Assembly: GCA_035765045.1 (NCBI GenBank)
Contig: DASTYI010000112.1
Span: forward strand, 3,600-67,599
DNA: 64,000 nt
Origin: Iamia sp.
GTDB lineage: Bacteria > Actinomycetota > Acidimicrobiia > Acidimicrobiales > Iamiaceae
Direction: 5' to 3'
In this document: positions 47,393-55,709 of the stretch, one piece after another
How the letters are laid out: the number at the start of each line of letters is the position of its first letter
Numbering within the stretch: the first letter of the stretch is position 1
Translations under genes and position numbers: made by a program
Notes under the pieces: generated by a model
Told to the model about the DNA's origin: nothing
Database searches by the model: none
The model's input: the letters and a program-made list of their open reading frames with translations, nothing else

Positions 47393-47510
47393 CCCGTCCG
47401 ACGGCGGCCAGAACGCCCCGCGCCCGCAGGCCCGCGCCAGCGCCCGTCCGACGGCGGCCAGAACGCCCCGCGCCCACCGGCCGGCGCCAGCACCCAGCCA
47501 GACGGCGGTC
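47393..47510. repeat. Intergenic tandem repeat, 50-bp period, about 2.5 copies
   Basis: CCCGTCCGACGGCGGCCAGAACGCCCCGCGCCC at 47393 and 47443, plus a degenerate third copy. Confidence 0.85.
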
Positions 47511-47545
47511 GGATCCGCTCGTGCCTGGCGGTAGCGTCCGCCGCC

Positions 47546-48292
47546 ATGGACCTCGGCCTGGACGGGAAGACGGCAGCGGTGGCCGGAGCGTCGGCCGGCC
47601 TGGGCCTGGCGACGGCCCGGGTGCTCGTCGCCGAGGGCGTCACCGTGGCCGTCTGCGGCCGCGACCGGGCCCGCATCGAGGCCGCGGCGGCCAGCCTCGG
47701 GGGCAACGCGGTCCCGATCGTCGCCGACGTGGGCACACCCGACGGCGCCACGTCCTTCGTCGAGGAGGCCACCGCCGCCCTCGGGCCGCTCGACATCCTC
47801 GTGCCCAACGCCGGTGGCCCGCCGGCCGGCACCTTCGCCTCGACCCCGCTCGACGCCTACCTGCCCGCCCTCCAGCTCAACCTGCTCTCGACGGTGGCGA
47901 TGTGCCAGGCCGCGGTCCCGGCGATGATCGACCGGGGGTGGGGCCGGGTGGTGGCCATCACCTCGGCCTCGGTCCGCCAGCCGCTGCCGGCGCTGATCCT
48001 GTCCAACACGGCGCGGGCCGGCGTCACCGGCTTCCTCAAGACGCTGTCGCTCGAGGTGGCCCGCCACGGGGTGACCGTGAACTCGATCCAGCCCGGGCTC
48101 CACGCCACCGACCGGCTGCGCGACCTCTACGGCGAGGACACCTCGGCGGCGGCCAAGGACGTCCCCACCCGCACCGTCGGCCGTCCCGAGGACTTCGGCG
48201 CCGTCGTCGCCTTCCTCTGCTCGGACCAGGCCCGCTTCCTCACCGGCGCGGCCCTCCCCGTCGACGGCGGCAACACCCGCGGCCTCCAGTAG
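47546..48292 (+). CDS. SDR family oxidoreductase (3-oxoacyl-ACP reductase-like)
   Basis: GASAGLG, NAGGPP and SNTARAG motifs. Confidence 0.92.
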   Translation: MDLGLDGKTAAVAGASAGLGLATARVLVAEGVTVAVCGRDRARIEAAAASLGGNAVPIVADVGTPDGATSFVEEATAALGPLDILVPNAGGPPAGTFASTPLDAYLPALQLNLLSTVAMCQAAVPAMIDRGWGRVVAITSASVRQPLPALILSNTARAGVTGFLKTLSLEVARHGVTVNSIQPGLHATDRLRDLYGEDTSAAAKDVPTRTVGRPEDFGAVVAFLCSDQARFLTGAALPVDGGNTRGLQ

Positions 48293-48362
48293 GTCCCGCC
48301 CCCCCGCCCCCGATCGCTGGCTCCCCCACCGGCTGGGCTGGTGGGCCGGTACGGTCGGCGCC

Positions 48363-48656
48363 GTGCTGACCCACATCGTCCTGATCACCGCCTCCGACGA
48401 CGCCACCGACGAGCAGGTCGACGCCATGGTGGCCGGCTTGCGTGCCCTCCCGGGCCGGATCGAGGAGATCCGCAGCTACGAGGTCGGGCGGGACCTGGGT
48501 CTGGCCGAGGGCAACGCCACCGTCGCCATCCAGGCCACCTTCGCCTCCCCCGAGGACCTCGAGGCCTACGTCGTCCACCCGGCCCACCAGGAGGTCCTCA
48601 CCGGGCTGATCCGTCCCATCGCCGCCTCGGTCGCCCGGGCCCAGGTCCCTGCCTGA
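48363..48656 (+). CDS. Dabb family (stress-responsive A/B barrel) protein
   Basis: HIVL, YEVGRDLG and AYVVHPAH motifs. Confidence 0.9.
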   Translation: MLTHIVLITASDDATDEQVDAMVAGLRALPGRIEEIRSYEVGRDLGLAEGNATVAIQATFASPEDLEAYVVHPAHQEVLTGLIRPIAASVARAQVPA

Positions 48657-48691
48657 CCGCCCGGCGGCGCCGCCCCCTAGGGTGCGCCGCC

Positions 48692-50083
48692 ATGGCTGAC
48701 ACACCCTGGACGGGCGATGCGTGCTCCCTGGTCGACGCCTTCCGGTCCGGCGAGCGCTCGCCGGCCGAGGAGCTCGAGGCCTGCCTCGCCGCCATCGACG
48801 CATCCGAGCTGAACGCCTGGTCGTTCCTCGACCCCGACGGCGCCCGCGCCGCGGCCGCCACCGCCGACACCACGCTGCCGTTCGGCGGCGTCCCGGTGGG
48901 GATCAAGGAGCTGGAGAAGGTCGAGGGCTGGCCCGACACCGAGGCCTCGCTCGTGTTCGCCGATCGCAAGGCCGCCCACACCGGCACGATGCTCCAGCGG
49001 CTCCGATCGGCCGGCGGCGCCACCTTCGTCGGCCAGACGACGGCCAGCGAGTTCGGCGGGCTCAACATCTCGATCACCAAGGAGAACGGGATCACCCACA
49101 ACCCGTGGCGGCACGGGCAGACGGCCGGGGGGTCCTCGGGCGGATCGGCGGCCGCCGTGGCCGGCGGCTTGGTCCCGATCGCCAGCGGTGGCGACGGTGG
49201 TGGGTCGATCCGCATCCCGGCCGGGTTCAACGGCCTGGTGGGGATGAAGGGCACGGCCGGGCGCATCCCGCGCGGGCCCCACACCCTCATCCACCCGATG
49301 ACGGTGGTGATCGGCTGCCTGGCCCGGTCGATCCGCGACGTGGCCCGCTGGTACGACGTCACCTCGGGCTACGACTCCCGCGACCCGTACTCGCTCCCCC
49401 GCATCGACGGCTGGGAGCGGGACCTCGGGACCCGTGACCTGAAGGGGCTGCGGGTGGCCATCGCCCCGACCCTGGGCTCGGCCGTGGTCGCCGACGGCGT
49501 GCAGGAGCGGGTGGTGGCGGCCGCCGAGGCGCTGGCCCGCGACGCCGGCCTCACCATCGTCGACGTCGAGGTGAAGATGCCGACCCTCGACGTCGCCTGG
49601 GCCCTCGGGAACCTCGTCGGGCTGAAGATGGAGCTGGGTGACCTCTGGCCCGCCTGCAAGGACGACCTCACCAAGGAGATCGCGTTCGGGCTGGAGATGG
49701 CTGAGGGGATGGTCGATCTGGCCTCCTCGGCGCGGAGCGAAGCCGCGCGGACGATGTGCAACGAAGCGATGGCCGACGTCTTCGACCAGGTCGACCTGGT
49801 CATCTGTGCCACGAACCCGGACGTCGCGTTCCCGGCCCACGTCGCGTCCAACACGCGGGTGGCCGGTCAGAAGGTGGAGATGGGCAACAACGGTGCCCTC
49901 ACGATCCCGGCCAACATCAGCGGGAACCCGTCGATATCGGTGCCGGTCGAACCGCTCGACGGCCTGCCGGTCGGGATGCAGATCATGGGCCGCCACCACG
50001 CCGATGCCCTGCTGCTCGACCTCGGCCTGGTGGTCGAGCGCACCAGTCCGTGGCCGCTTGTTGCCCCCGGCGCACCGGTCTGA
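48692..50083 (+). CDS. Amidase signature family protein
   Basis: GIKE, GGSSGGS and DGGGSIRIPA (Lys-Ser-Ser triad). Confidence 0.94.
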   Translation: MADTPWTGDACSLVDAFRSGERSPAEELEACLAAIDASELNAWSFLDPDGARAAAATADTTLPFGGVPVGIKELEKVEGWPDTEASLVFADRKAAHTGTMLQRLRSAGGATFVGQTTASEFGGLNISITKENGITHNPWRHGQTAGGSSGGSAAAVAGGLVPIASGGDGGGSIRIPAGFNGLVGMKGTAGRIPRGPHTLIHPMTVVIGCLARSIRDVARWYDVTSGYDSRDPYSLPRIDGWERDLGTRDLKGLRVAIAPTLGSAVVADGVQERVVAAAEALARDAGLTIVDVEVKMPTLDVAWALGNLVGLKMELGDLWPACKDDLTKEIAFGLEMAEGMVDLASSARSEAARTMCNEAMADVFDQVDLVICATNPDVAFPAHVASNTRVAGQKVEMGNNGALTIPANISGNPSISVPVEPLDGLPVGMQIMGRHHADALLLDLGLVVERTSPWPLVAPGAPV

Positions 50084-50110
50084 AACCTCGCCCCGAGGGA
50101 ATCTCCGGGG

Positions 50111-50126
50111 GCGAACAGGTGTTGGA
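50111..50126. promoter_or_regulatory. Imperfect LexA (SOS) box
   Basis: GCGAAC-AGGT-GTTGGA versus actinobacterial consensus TCGAAC-N4-GTTCGA (2 mismatches). Confidence 0.45.
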
Positions 50127-50169
50127 GGAGATGACCGCCTCAGGTCCCTGACCAGGGGCGATGCTTCAC

Positions 50170-50191
50170 TGTCACACCCCCCCTTCATAGT
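50170..50191 (+). promoter_or_regulatory. PafBC/RecA-NDp-like DNA-damage promoter
   Basis: TGTCAC-N10-CATAGT, 7 nt before the ATG; resembles TGTCGG-N10-TANNNT. Confidence 0.6.
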
Positions 50192-50198
50192 GATCCGC

Positions 50199-50363
50199 AT
50201 GGCACGACAGCTCGACCTCCTCCCCCCGGTCGACCCGGACTGGCGCATCGACGACGAGACCCGTGAGGCCGGTCGTCGGGGCATCGCCAAGGCGCGCGCG
50301 GCGCTCGCCGAGGCCCGCGCCCGAGCCGATCGGGACCAGCACCACCACCGCACCGCGGCCTGA
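50199..50363 (+). CDS. 54-aa leaderless small protein with N-terminal clamp-binding-like motif QLDLL
   Basis: MARQLDLLPPVDPDWRIDDETREAGRRGIAKARAALAEARARADRDQHHHRTAA; GC3-biased codons; -10 directly upstream. Confidence 0.75.
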   Translation: MARQLDLLPPVDPDWRIDDETREAGRRGIAKARAALAEARARADRDQHHHRTAA

Positions 50364-50414
50364 CCGGGCCGGCCCCGATCTCCACCGGCCCCTGATCTCG
50401 ACCACCATCGAGCC

Positions 50415-51038
50415 ATGACCGCGCCCGACCCCGCCACCGACATCCGCCCCGAGGTGCTGGCCACGTTGCTCGACCGGCGCAGCACCGCCGCCCTCGTCGA
50501 CCCGGGTCCCACCCCCGCCCAGGTCGACACGATCCTCCGTGCGGCCACCACCGCCCCCGACCACGGTCGCATCCGCCCCTGGCGCTTCGTGGTCGTCAGC
50601 GGCGAGGCCCGCGAGCGCTTCGCCGACGCCCTGGAGGACGGCGGCCTGGCCCGGGACCCCGAGATCACCGAGGGGGTGCGGGCCAAGCTCCGGGCGAAGG
50701 CCTTCGTCGCTCCCACCCTCATCGCCGTCATCGCCACCCCCCGGGCCCACAAGGTCGAACGGTGGGAGCAGGTGGTGTCGGCCTCGTGCACCGGCTACGC
50801 CATGCTCCTCGCCGCCCACGCCCTCGGCCTCGGGGCGATGTGGAAGAGCGTCCCGTTCCGCACCGGTCCGAAGCTGCGGGAGATGTTCGCCCTCGACGAC
50901 GACGGCGAGCTGCTCGGCTGGGTCCTGGTCGGCACCCCGTCGGACCCGTCCTCGGTCGGCGGCCGGGCCGAACCCGACCTCACCGGCCTCGCCTTCTACC
51001 TCACCGACCAGGGCACGATCGAGCCCCACACCCCATGA
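50415..51038 (+). CDS. Nitroreductase family protein (YdjA-like)
   Basis: RRS, APDHGRIRPWRF and AHALGLGAMWKS motifs. Confidence 0.92.
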   Translation: MTAPDPATDIRPEVLATLLDRRSTAALVDPGPTPAQVDTILRAATTAPDHGRIRPWRFVVVSGEARERFADALEDGGLARDPEITEGVRAKLRAKAFVAPTLIAVIATPRAHKVERWEQVVSASCTGYAMLLAAHALGLGAMWKSVPFRTGPKLREMFALDDDGELLGWVLVGTPSDPSSVGGRAEPDLTGLAFYLTDQGTIEPHTP

Positions 51039-51331
51039 GCGCCCGCTGCACCCACCTGGACACGATCGTCCCCGTCACCCCCTCCTCGCCCGGCTGCGAG
51101 GACTGCCTGGCCGCCGGCCGTCGCGACTGGGTCCACCTCCGTGTGTGCCAGGCCTGCGGCCACGTCGGCTGCTGCGACAGCTCACCGGCCACCCACGCCA
51201 CCGCCCACCACCGGGCCAGCGCCCACCCGATCATCCGCTCCTACGAGCCGGGCGAGAGCTGGTTCTGGTGCTACCTCGACGAGACCGGTTTCGAGCTTCC
51301 CGACGCCCCGCCGGCCCCCTCCCACCCCTGA
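51035..51331 (+). CDS. UBP-type zinc finger protein
   Basis: CTH, CEDC, WVHLRVCQACGHVGCCDSS and HATAH motifs; ATGA overlap. Confidence 0.92.
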   Translation: MSARCTHLDTIVPVTPSSPGCEDCLAAGRRDWVHLRVCQACGHVGCCDSSPATHATAHHRASAHPIIRSYEPGESWFWCYLDETGFELPDAPPAPSHP

Positions 51332-51408
51332 GCCGCGGTCCCGGCGAGTCCCGCTCGCGAGGCCCGACGCGTGCGGCGGTTCCCGGGGGTGGGCGGTAGG
51401 TTCGCCGG

Positions 51409-52590
51409 ATGGCTGATGTCGTGATCGTCGAGGCCGTGCGCACCCCCGTCGGGCGGCGCAACGGTGCCCTCTCCTCCGTCCACCCCGCCGACCTGCTGGG
51501 CACCGCCCTCACCGCCCTGGTCGAGCGGTCGGGCGTCGACCCGACGGCGGTCGAGCAGGTCGTCGGCGGCTGCGTCAGCCAAGTCGGCGAGCAGTCGTTC
51601 AACACCACCCGGACGGCGTGGCTGGCGGCGGGCCTGCCGCTGGAGACGGCGGCCACGACCGTCGACACCCAGTGCGGGTCGTCGCAGCAGGCGACGAACC
51701 TGGCCACCAGCCTGGTCGGCTCGGGCGTGGCCGATGTGGCCGTGGCCTGCGGCGTCGAGCTGATGAGCCGGATCCCGATCGGGATCAACTCGTCGAAGAA
51801 GCTGGGCCTCGGCGTGCCCATCCCCAAGGCGTACTTCGGCCGCTACGAGTTCACCTCGCAGTTCGAGGGGGCCGAGCGCATCGCCGAGAAGTGGGGCATC
51901 ACCCGCGACGACACCGACGCCTTCGGCCTCCGCTCGCAGCAGCTGGCCGCCCAGGCCTGGGAGGAGGGCCGCTTCGACACGCAGATCGTCGAGGTCGACG
52001 CCCCCGACGTCGACGAGGAGGGCAAGCCCCTCGACACGACCCACCACGTCGCCCGGGACGAGGGCCTGCGGGAGACGACGCTGGAGAAGCTCCAGACCCT
52101 CAAGCCCGTGGCCCGCGAGGACGGCGTCCACACCGCCGGGTCGAGCTCGCAGATCTCCGACGGCGCCGCCGCCCTGCTGATGATGACCGCCGAGAAGGCC
52201 GCCGATCTCGGCCTCACGCCGCGGGCTCGGGTCGTCGACACCTGCCTGGTCGGCGTCGACCCCGTCCTGATGCTGACCGGTCCGATCGACGCCACCCAGC
52301 GACTCGTCGACCGGACCGGCATCGGTGTCGACCAGATCGACGTCTTCGAGGTCAACGAGGCCTTCGCCTCGGTCGTCCTGGCCTGGCAGAAGGAGCTCGG
52401 CGTCGACCCCGACCGGGTCAACCCCAACGGCGGTGCCATCGCCCTCGGCCACCCGCTCGGCGCCACCGGCTCGGTGCTCGTCACCAAGGCCCTCCACGAG
52501 CTGGAGCGCACCAGCGGCCGCTACGGCCTCGTCTCGATGTGCTGCGGTGGTGGGCTGGGCACCGGCACCCTGATCGAGCGCCTCGGCTGA
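51409..52590 (+). CDS. fadA5: Steroid 3-ketoacyl-CoA thiolase-like (FadA5 type)
   Basis: TVDTQCGSSQQA, QFEGAERIA, NEAFASV, GHPLG and MCCGG motifs. Confidence 0.85.
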   Translation: MADVVIVEAVRTPVGRRNGALSSVHPADLLGTALTALVERSGVDPTAVEQVVGGCVSQVGEQSFNTTRTAWLAAGLPLETAATTVDTQCGSSQQATNLATSLVGSGVADVAVACGVELMSRIPIGINSSKKLGLGVPIPKAYFGRYEFTSQFEGAERIAEKWGITRDDTDAFGLRSQQLAAQAWEEGRFDTQIVEVDAPDVDEEGKPLDTTHHVARDEGLRETTLEKLQTLKPVAREDGVHTAGSSSQISDGAAALLMMTAEKAADLGLTPRARVVDTCLVGVDPVLMLTGPIDATQRLVDRTGIGVDQIDVFEVNEAFASVVLAWQKELGVDPDRVNPNGGAIALGHPLGATGSVLVTKALHELERTSGRYGLVSMCCGGGLGTGTLIERLG

Positions 52591-52686
52591 CCGGGCCGGC
52601 GCCCGAGCCCGGCCGCCCGGCCGGGCCAGGTGTCCGACGGCACCTCGGGGGTAGGGGCTCCGGCGCCCCCACCCCCAGGAGCCACC

Positions 52687-52929
52687 GTGACCATCGCCAT
52701 CATCGCCGTCATCTGCGTCGCCCTCCTCGTCCTCGCCTTCCTGGCCCCCCGCCTGTCGTCGCACCCCCAGCGGGGCGTCGACCGGACCCTCGGCACCGCC
52801 CAGCGCGCCGGGGGCAAGGCGCCCGGCTTCCTCGGGCGCCTGCTCTCCAAGCAGTTCGGCACCTCCCGCAAGGCGACCAACAAGAGCGCCGCGCTGGGCC
52901 GCAAGGGCCGCAGCCACATCGGCGTCTGA
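52687..52929 (+). CDS. Small membrane-anchored basic protein
   Basis: AGGAG RBS; N-terminal TM helix; FLAPRLS motif; basic tail. Confidence 0.8.
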   Translation: MTIAIIAVICVALLVLAFLAPRLSSHPQRGVDRTLGTAQRAGGKAPGFLGRLLSKQFGTSRKATNKSAALGRKGRSHIGV

Positions 52930-52945
52930 CGCTCCCCCGCTTCGC

Positions 52946-52967
52946 TGTCACAGGGGTGGCGTAGGGT
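52946..52967 (+). promoter_or_regulatory. PafBC/RecA-NDp-like promoter upstream of the thermonuclease gene
   Basis: TGTCAC-N10-TAGGGT, same architecture as 50170-50191. Confidence 0.6.
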
Positions 52968-53037
52968 CCACCCCACGAGCTCGACGCTCGGATCGCGGCC
53001 CCGGCCGCCGGATGTCCCCCACCTCCGGAGGTCCCCC

Positions 53038-53562
53038 ATGCGTCGCGCCCGTCGCCATCTCCTCGCCACCCTGGTCGTGCTCCTGGCCGGTGGGCCGCTC
53101 GTCGTCGGCTGCTCGGTGCTCGGCCGGGGCGGGTCGGCGCCGCCGGGCACCGCCACCGTCGTCCGGGTGGTCGACGGTGACACGGTCGACCTGCGGGTCG
53201 GCGCCCGGGCCGAGACCGCCCGGCTGCTCGGCATCGACACGCCCGAGACGGTCGATCCCGACGCCCCGGTCGGCTGCTTCGGGCCCGAGGCCTCGGCCCG
53301 CACCAAGGAGCTGCTCCCCGCCGGCACCGCGGTCCGGCTGGCCCGCGACGTCGAGGCCCGTGACCGCTACGGCCGGTTGCTCGTCTACCTGACCCGGGTC
53401 CGCGACGACCTCTTCGTCAACCGATCTCTCCTGGCCGACGGCTTCGCCCGACCGCTGTCGATCGCCCCCAACGAGGCTCATCGGGCCGAGCTGGCCCGCG
53501 CCGCGGCCGAGGCCAGGGCGGCCGGGCGCGGGCTGTGGGGCGCCTGCCCGCCCGATGGGTAG
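53038..53562 (+). CDS. Thermonuclease (SNase) family lipoprotein
   Basis: RVVDGDT, RLLGIDTPE, DRYGRLLVY and GLWGAC motifs; VVGC lipobox; GGAGG RBS. Confidence 0.92.
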   Translation: MRRARRHLLATLVVLLAGGPLVVGCSVLGRGGSAPPGTATVVRVVDGDTVDLRVGARAETARLLGIDTPETVDPDAPVGCFGPEASARTKELLPAGTAVRLARDVEARDRYGRLLVYLTRVRDDLFVNRSLLADGFARPLSIAPNEAHRAELARAAAEARAAGRGLWGACPPDG

Positions 53563-53618
53563 GCGCCGACGGGAGGGGGCCACCGGTCCCGGCCCGGAGC
53601 CCGATAGCGTCGTCGCCT

Positions 53619-54452
53619 GTGACAGGTCTCGCCGAGCGCCTCGGGTACCGCGCCGACGACCGCGTGGTCATCCTCAACTGCGACGACCTCGGGTCCTGTC
53701 ACTCCGCCAACGAGGCGATCTACCGATCGCTGCGGGACGGGGTGGCCAGCAGCGCCACGTTGATGGTGCCCGCTCCGTGGGCGCGCCACGCCGCGTCCGA
53801 GTACCGGGGCGAGGACGTCGGCGTCCACCTGACCCTCAACTCGGAGTGGGACCTCTACCGCTGGGGCCCGATCACCCGAGCGCCGTCGCTGCTCGACGGC
53901 GACGGCGGGTTCCCCCGCACGGTCACCGATGTCTGGGACCACGCCGATCTCGACGAGGTGTGGCGCGAGCTCAGCGCCCAGATCGAGCGGGCCATCCTCT
54001 GGGGCTTCGATGTCACCCACCTCGACAGCCACATGGGCACGCTCCAGCTCAAGCCCGAGTTCTTCGACGTCTACCTCGACCTCGCCGTCGAGCACGCCCT
54101 CCCCCTCCGCCTCTCCGGCGCCTCCACCCAGGAGGCCGTCGGGTTCCCGTTCCGCGACCGGGCCGACGAGGAGGGCGTCGTCGCCCCCGACCACCTGATC
54201 AGGGTCTCGGGCGTCGGCAGCCGGGCCTCGATCATGGCGGCGATGGAGGACCTCCGACCGGGCGTGACCGAGATGTACGTCCACCCGGCGGTCGACACCC
54301 CCGAGCTACGGGCCCACGCCCCCGACTGGAAGGGCCGCGTCGACGACCTCGACCTGGTCTCCGGTGTCGGGGTCCTCGCCGAGAAGCTGCGCCAGGCCGG
54401 CGCCCACGTGATCGGCTACCGGCCGCTGCGCGAGCTCCAGCGCGCCGGCTGA
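53619..54452 (+). CDS. YdjC/ChbG family deacetylase
   Basis: NCDDLG, GVHLTL, THLDSHMG and YVHP motifs. Confidence 0.9.
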   Translation: MTGLAERLGYRADDRVVILNCDDLGSCHSANEAIYRSLRDGVASSATLMVPAPWARHAASEYRGEDVGVHLTLNSEWDLYRWGPITRAPSLLDGDGGFPRTVTDVWDHADLDEVWRELSAQIERAILWGFDVTHLDSHMGTLQLKPEFFDVYLDLAVEHALPLRLSGASTQEAVGFPFRDRADEEGVVAPDHLIRVSGVGSRASIMAAMEDLRPGVTEMYVHPAVDTPELRAHAPDWKGRVDDLDLVSGVGVLAEKLRQAGAHVIGYRPLRELQRAG

Positions 54453-54458
54453 CCGACG

Positions 54459-55316
54459 TCAGTCGAGACCGGCGAAGAGGTCGGTCTCCGGGAGCGGCGC
54501 GTCGACCGTCGAGAAGGCCCGGATGTAGTCCTCGTAGGGGTGGATCGTCTCCGCCACCTCCTCGGGGAGCCCGAACCAGAACGGCGACGTGGGGTCGATC
54601 TGGGTGGCGTGGGCCCGCAGGGCGGCCGACTTCACGGCGTACAGGCCGTCGACGTCGATGCTGGTCGTGATGCGGTGGTCCTGCGACTCCCGGGCGAACC
54701 ACTCCTCCGAGTAGGGCGACTCCAGGCCCTGCTCGATGAAGGCGGCGTGGGTCGCCTCCAACCGCTTGCGGGACCAGACCGACCAGTACACCTTGGCCAC
54801 CTGCCAGGGCTCGCCCGCCTCGGGGTAGGCGTCGGGATCGGCCGCCGCCGGGATCGCCGCCATGGTGACCTCGTGGACCCGCAGGTGGTCGGGGTGCGGG
54901 TAGCCCGACTGGTCGTCGCCGTAGGTCAGCACGACCTGGGGTCGCTCGCGCCGGATGATGGTGACCATCCGCTCGACCGCCTCGTCGAGCGGCGCCCGGG
55001 CGAAGCAGCGCGGGTCGGCGTTCTCCGGGCTGTCGGGCATCCCCGAGTCGCGGTAGCCGAGCAGGACGACCTCGTCGTAGCCGATCACGGCCACCGCCTC
55101 GGCCAGCTCCTCCAGCCGCACCTCGGGGAGCCGCTCCCGCACCTCGGGGGTGTCGAGGGCGGGGTTGAGGATGTCGCCGGCCTCGCCGCCCGTGCAGCAG
55201 ACCAGCACCGTCCGCGCGCCCGCCTCGTGGTAGCGGTGGACGGTGCCGGCACCCTTGGAGGACTCGTCGTCGGGGTGGGCGTGGACGCTCAGCAGGCAGC
55301 GGGGGTCGGTGGCCAT
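54459..55316 (-). CDS. mca: Mycothiol S-conjugate amidase
   Basis: VHAHPDDESSKGA, TGGEAG, GYRDSG, GYPHPDH and AHATQIDP motifs. Confidence 0.92.
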   Translation of the reverse strand: MATDPRCLLSVHAHPDDESSKGAGTVHRYHEAGARTVLVCCTGGEAGDILNPALDTPEVRERLPEVRLEELAEAVAVIGYDEVVLLGYRDSGMPDSPENADPRCFARAPLDEAVERMVTIIRRERPQVVLTYGDDQSGYPHPDHLRVHEVTMAAIPAAADPDAYPEAGEPWQVAKVYWSVWSRKRLEATHAAFIEQGLESPYSEEWFARESQDHRITTSIDVDGLYAVKSAALRAHATQIDPTSPFWFGLPEEVAETIHPYEDYIRAFSTVDAPLPETDLFAGLD

Positions 55317-55384
55317 CGTCGGCCCAACCTAGAGGCTCGCGGCCCCGACCGGACCGTGGCTGACGCCAGAGCGAGGCCCGGGCG

Positions 55385-55421
55385 CGACGGACCCCCGGGG
55401 AGCGACCCCGGGGGTCCGTCG
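55385..55421 (-). terminator. 16-bp perfect hairpin closing the candidate ncRNA
   Basis: CGACGGACCCCCGGGG-AGCGA-CCCCGGGGGTCCGTCG. Confidence 0.75.
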
Positions 55422-55650
55422 TCGAAGGGGCATCGGCACCGTGGCCGCCGTCGGTGTGAAAGGGCCCGGTGGTCTCGAGGTGGGCGTCGGCGAAGAGGGG
55501 CCGGCGGTCCCGGCAGGTCGTCTCCTCCTCGTCGGCGACCACCGAACGAACGCATCCGTGGGGTCCCTCGAACGGAACGGGCGGTGTCTCAGCCCTTCTG
55601 CTTTGTCAAGGTCAAGCCGGCGACTGCACCATCACCGACCCGGTGACCCC
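55385..55650 (-). ncRNA. Candidate ~265-nt structured non-coding RNA (Ms1/6S-like)
   Basis: TTGACG-N17-CATCGT promoter, nested long-range complementarity, terminal 16-bp hairpin, no credible ORF. Confidence 0.6.
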
Positions 55651-55654
55651 GGTC

Positions 55655-55683
55655 ACGATGCGCCTCCGAGAGCGCGTCGTCAA
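55655..55683 (-). promoter_or_regulatory. Housekeeping sigma-70-type promoter
   Basis: -35 TTGACG (55683-55678), 17-nt spacer, -10 CATCGT (55660-55655). Confidence 0.7.
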
Positions 55684-55709
55684 CCCCCGAACGCGCGCGC
55701 GACGGTCGG

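Noticed and set aside
47393-47510. Possible mini-CRISPR array
   Set aside because: Only two full repeats, short mutually similar spacers, and no cas genes
55385-55650. Riboswitch/T-box leader of mca, or tRNA/tmRNA/RNase P/SRP RNA
   Set aside because: No recognisable signature motifs of these RNAs, and mca has its own proximal -10; retained only as an independent ncRNA candidate
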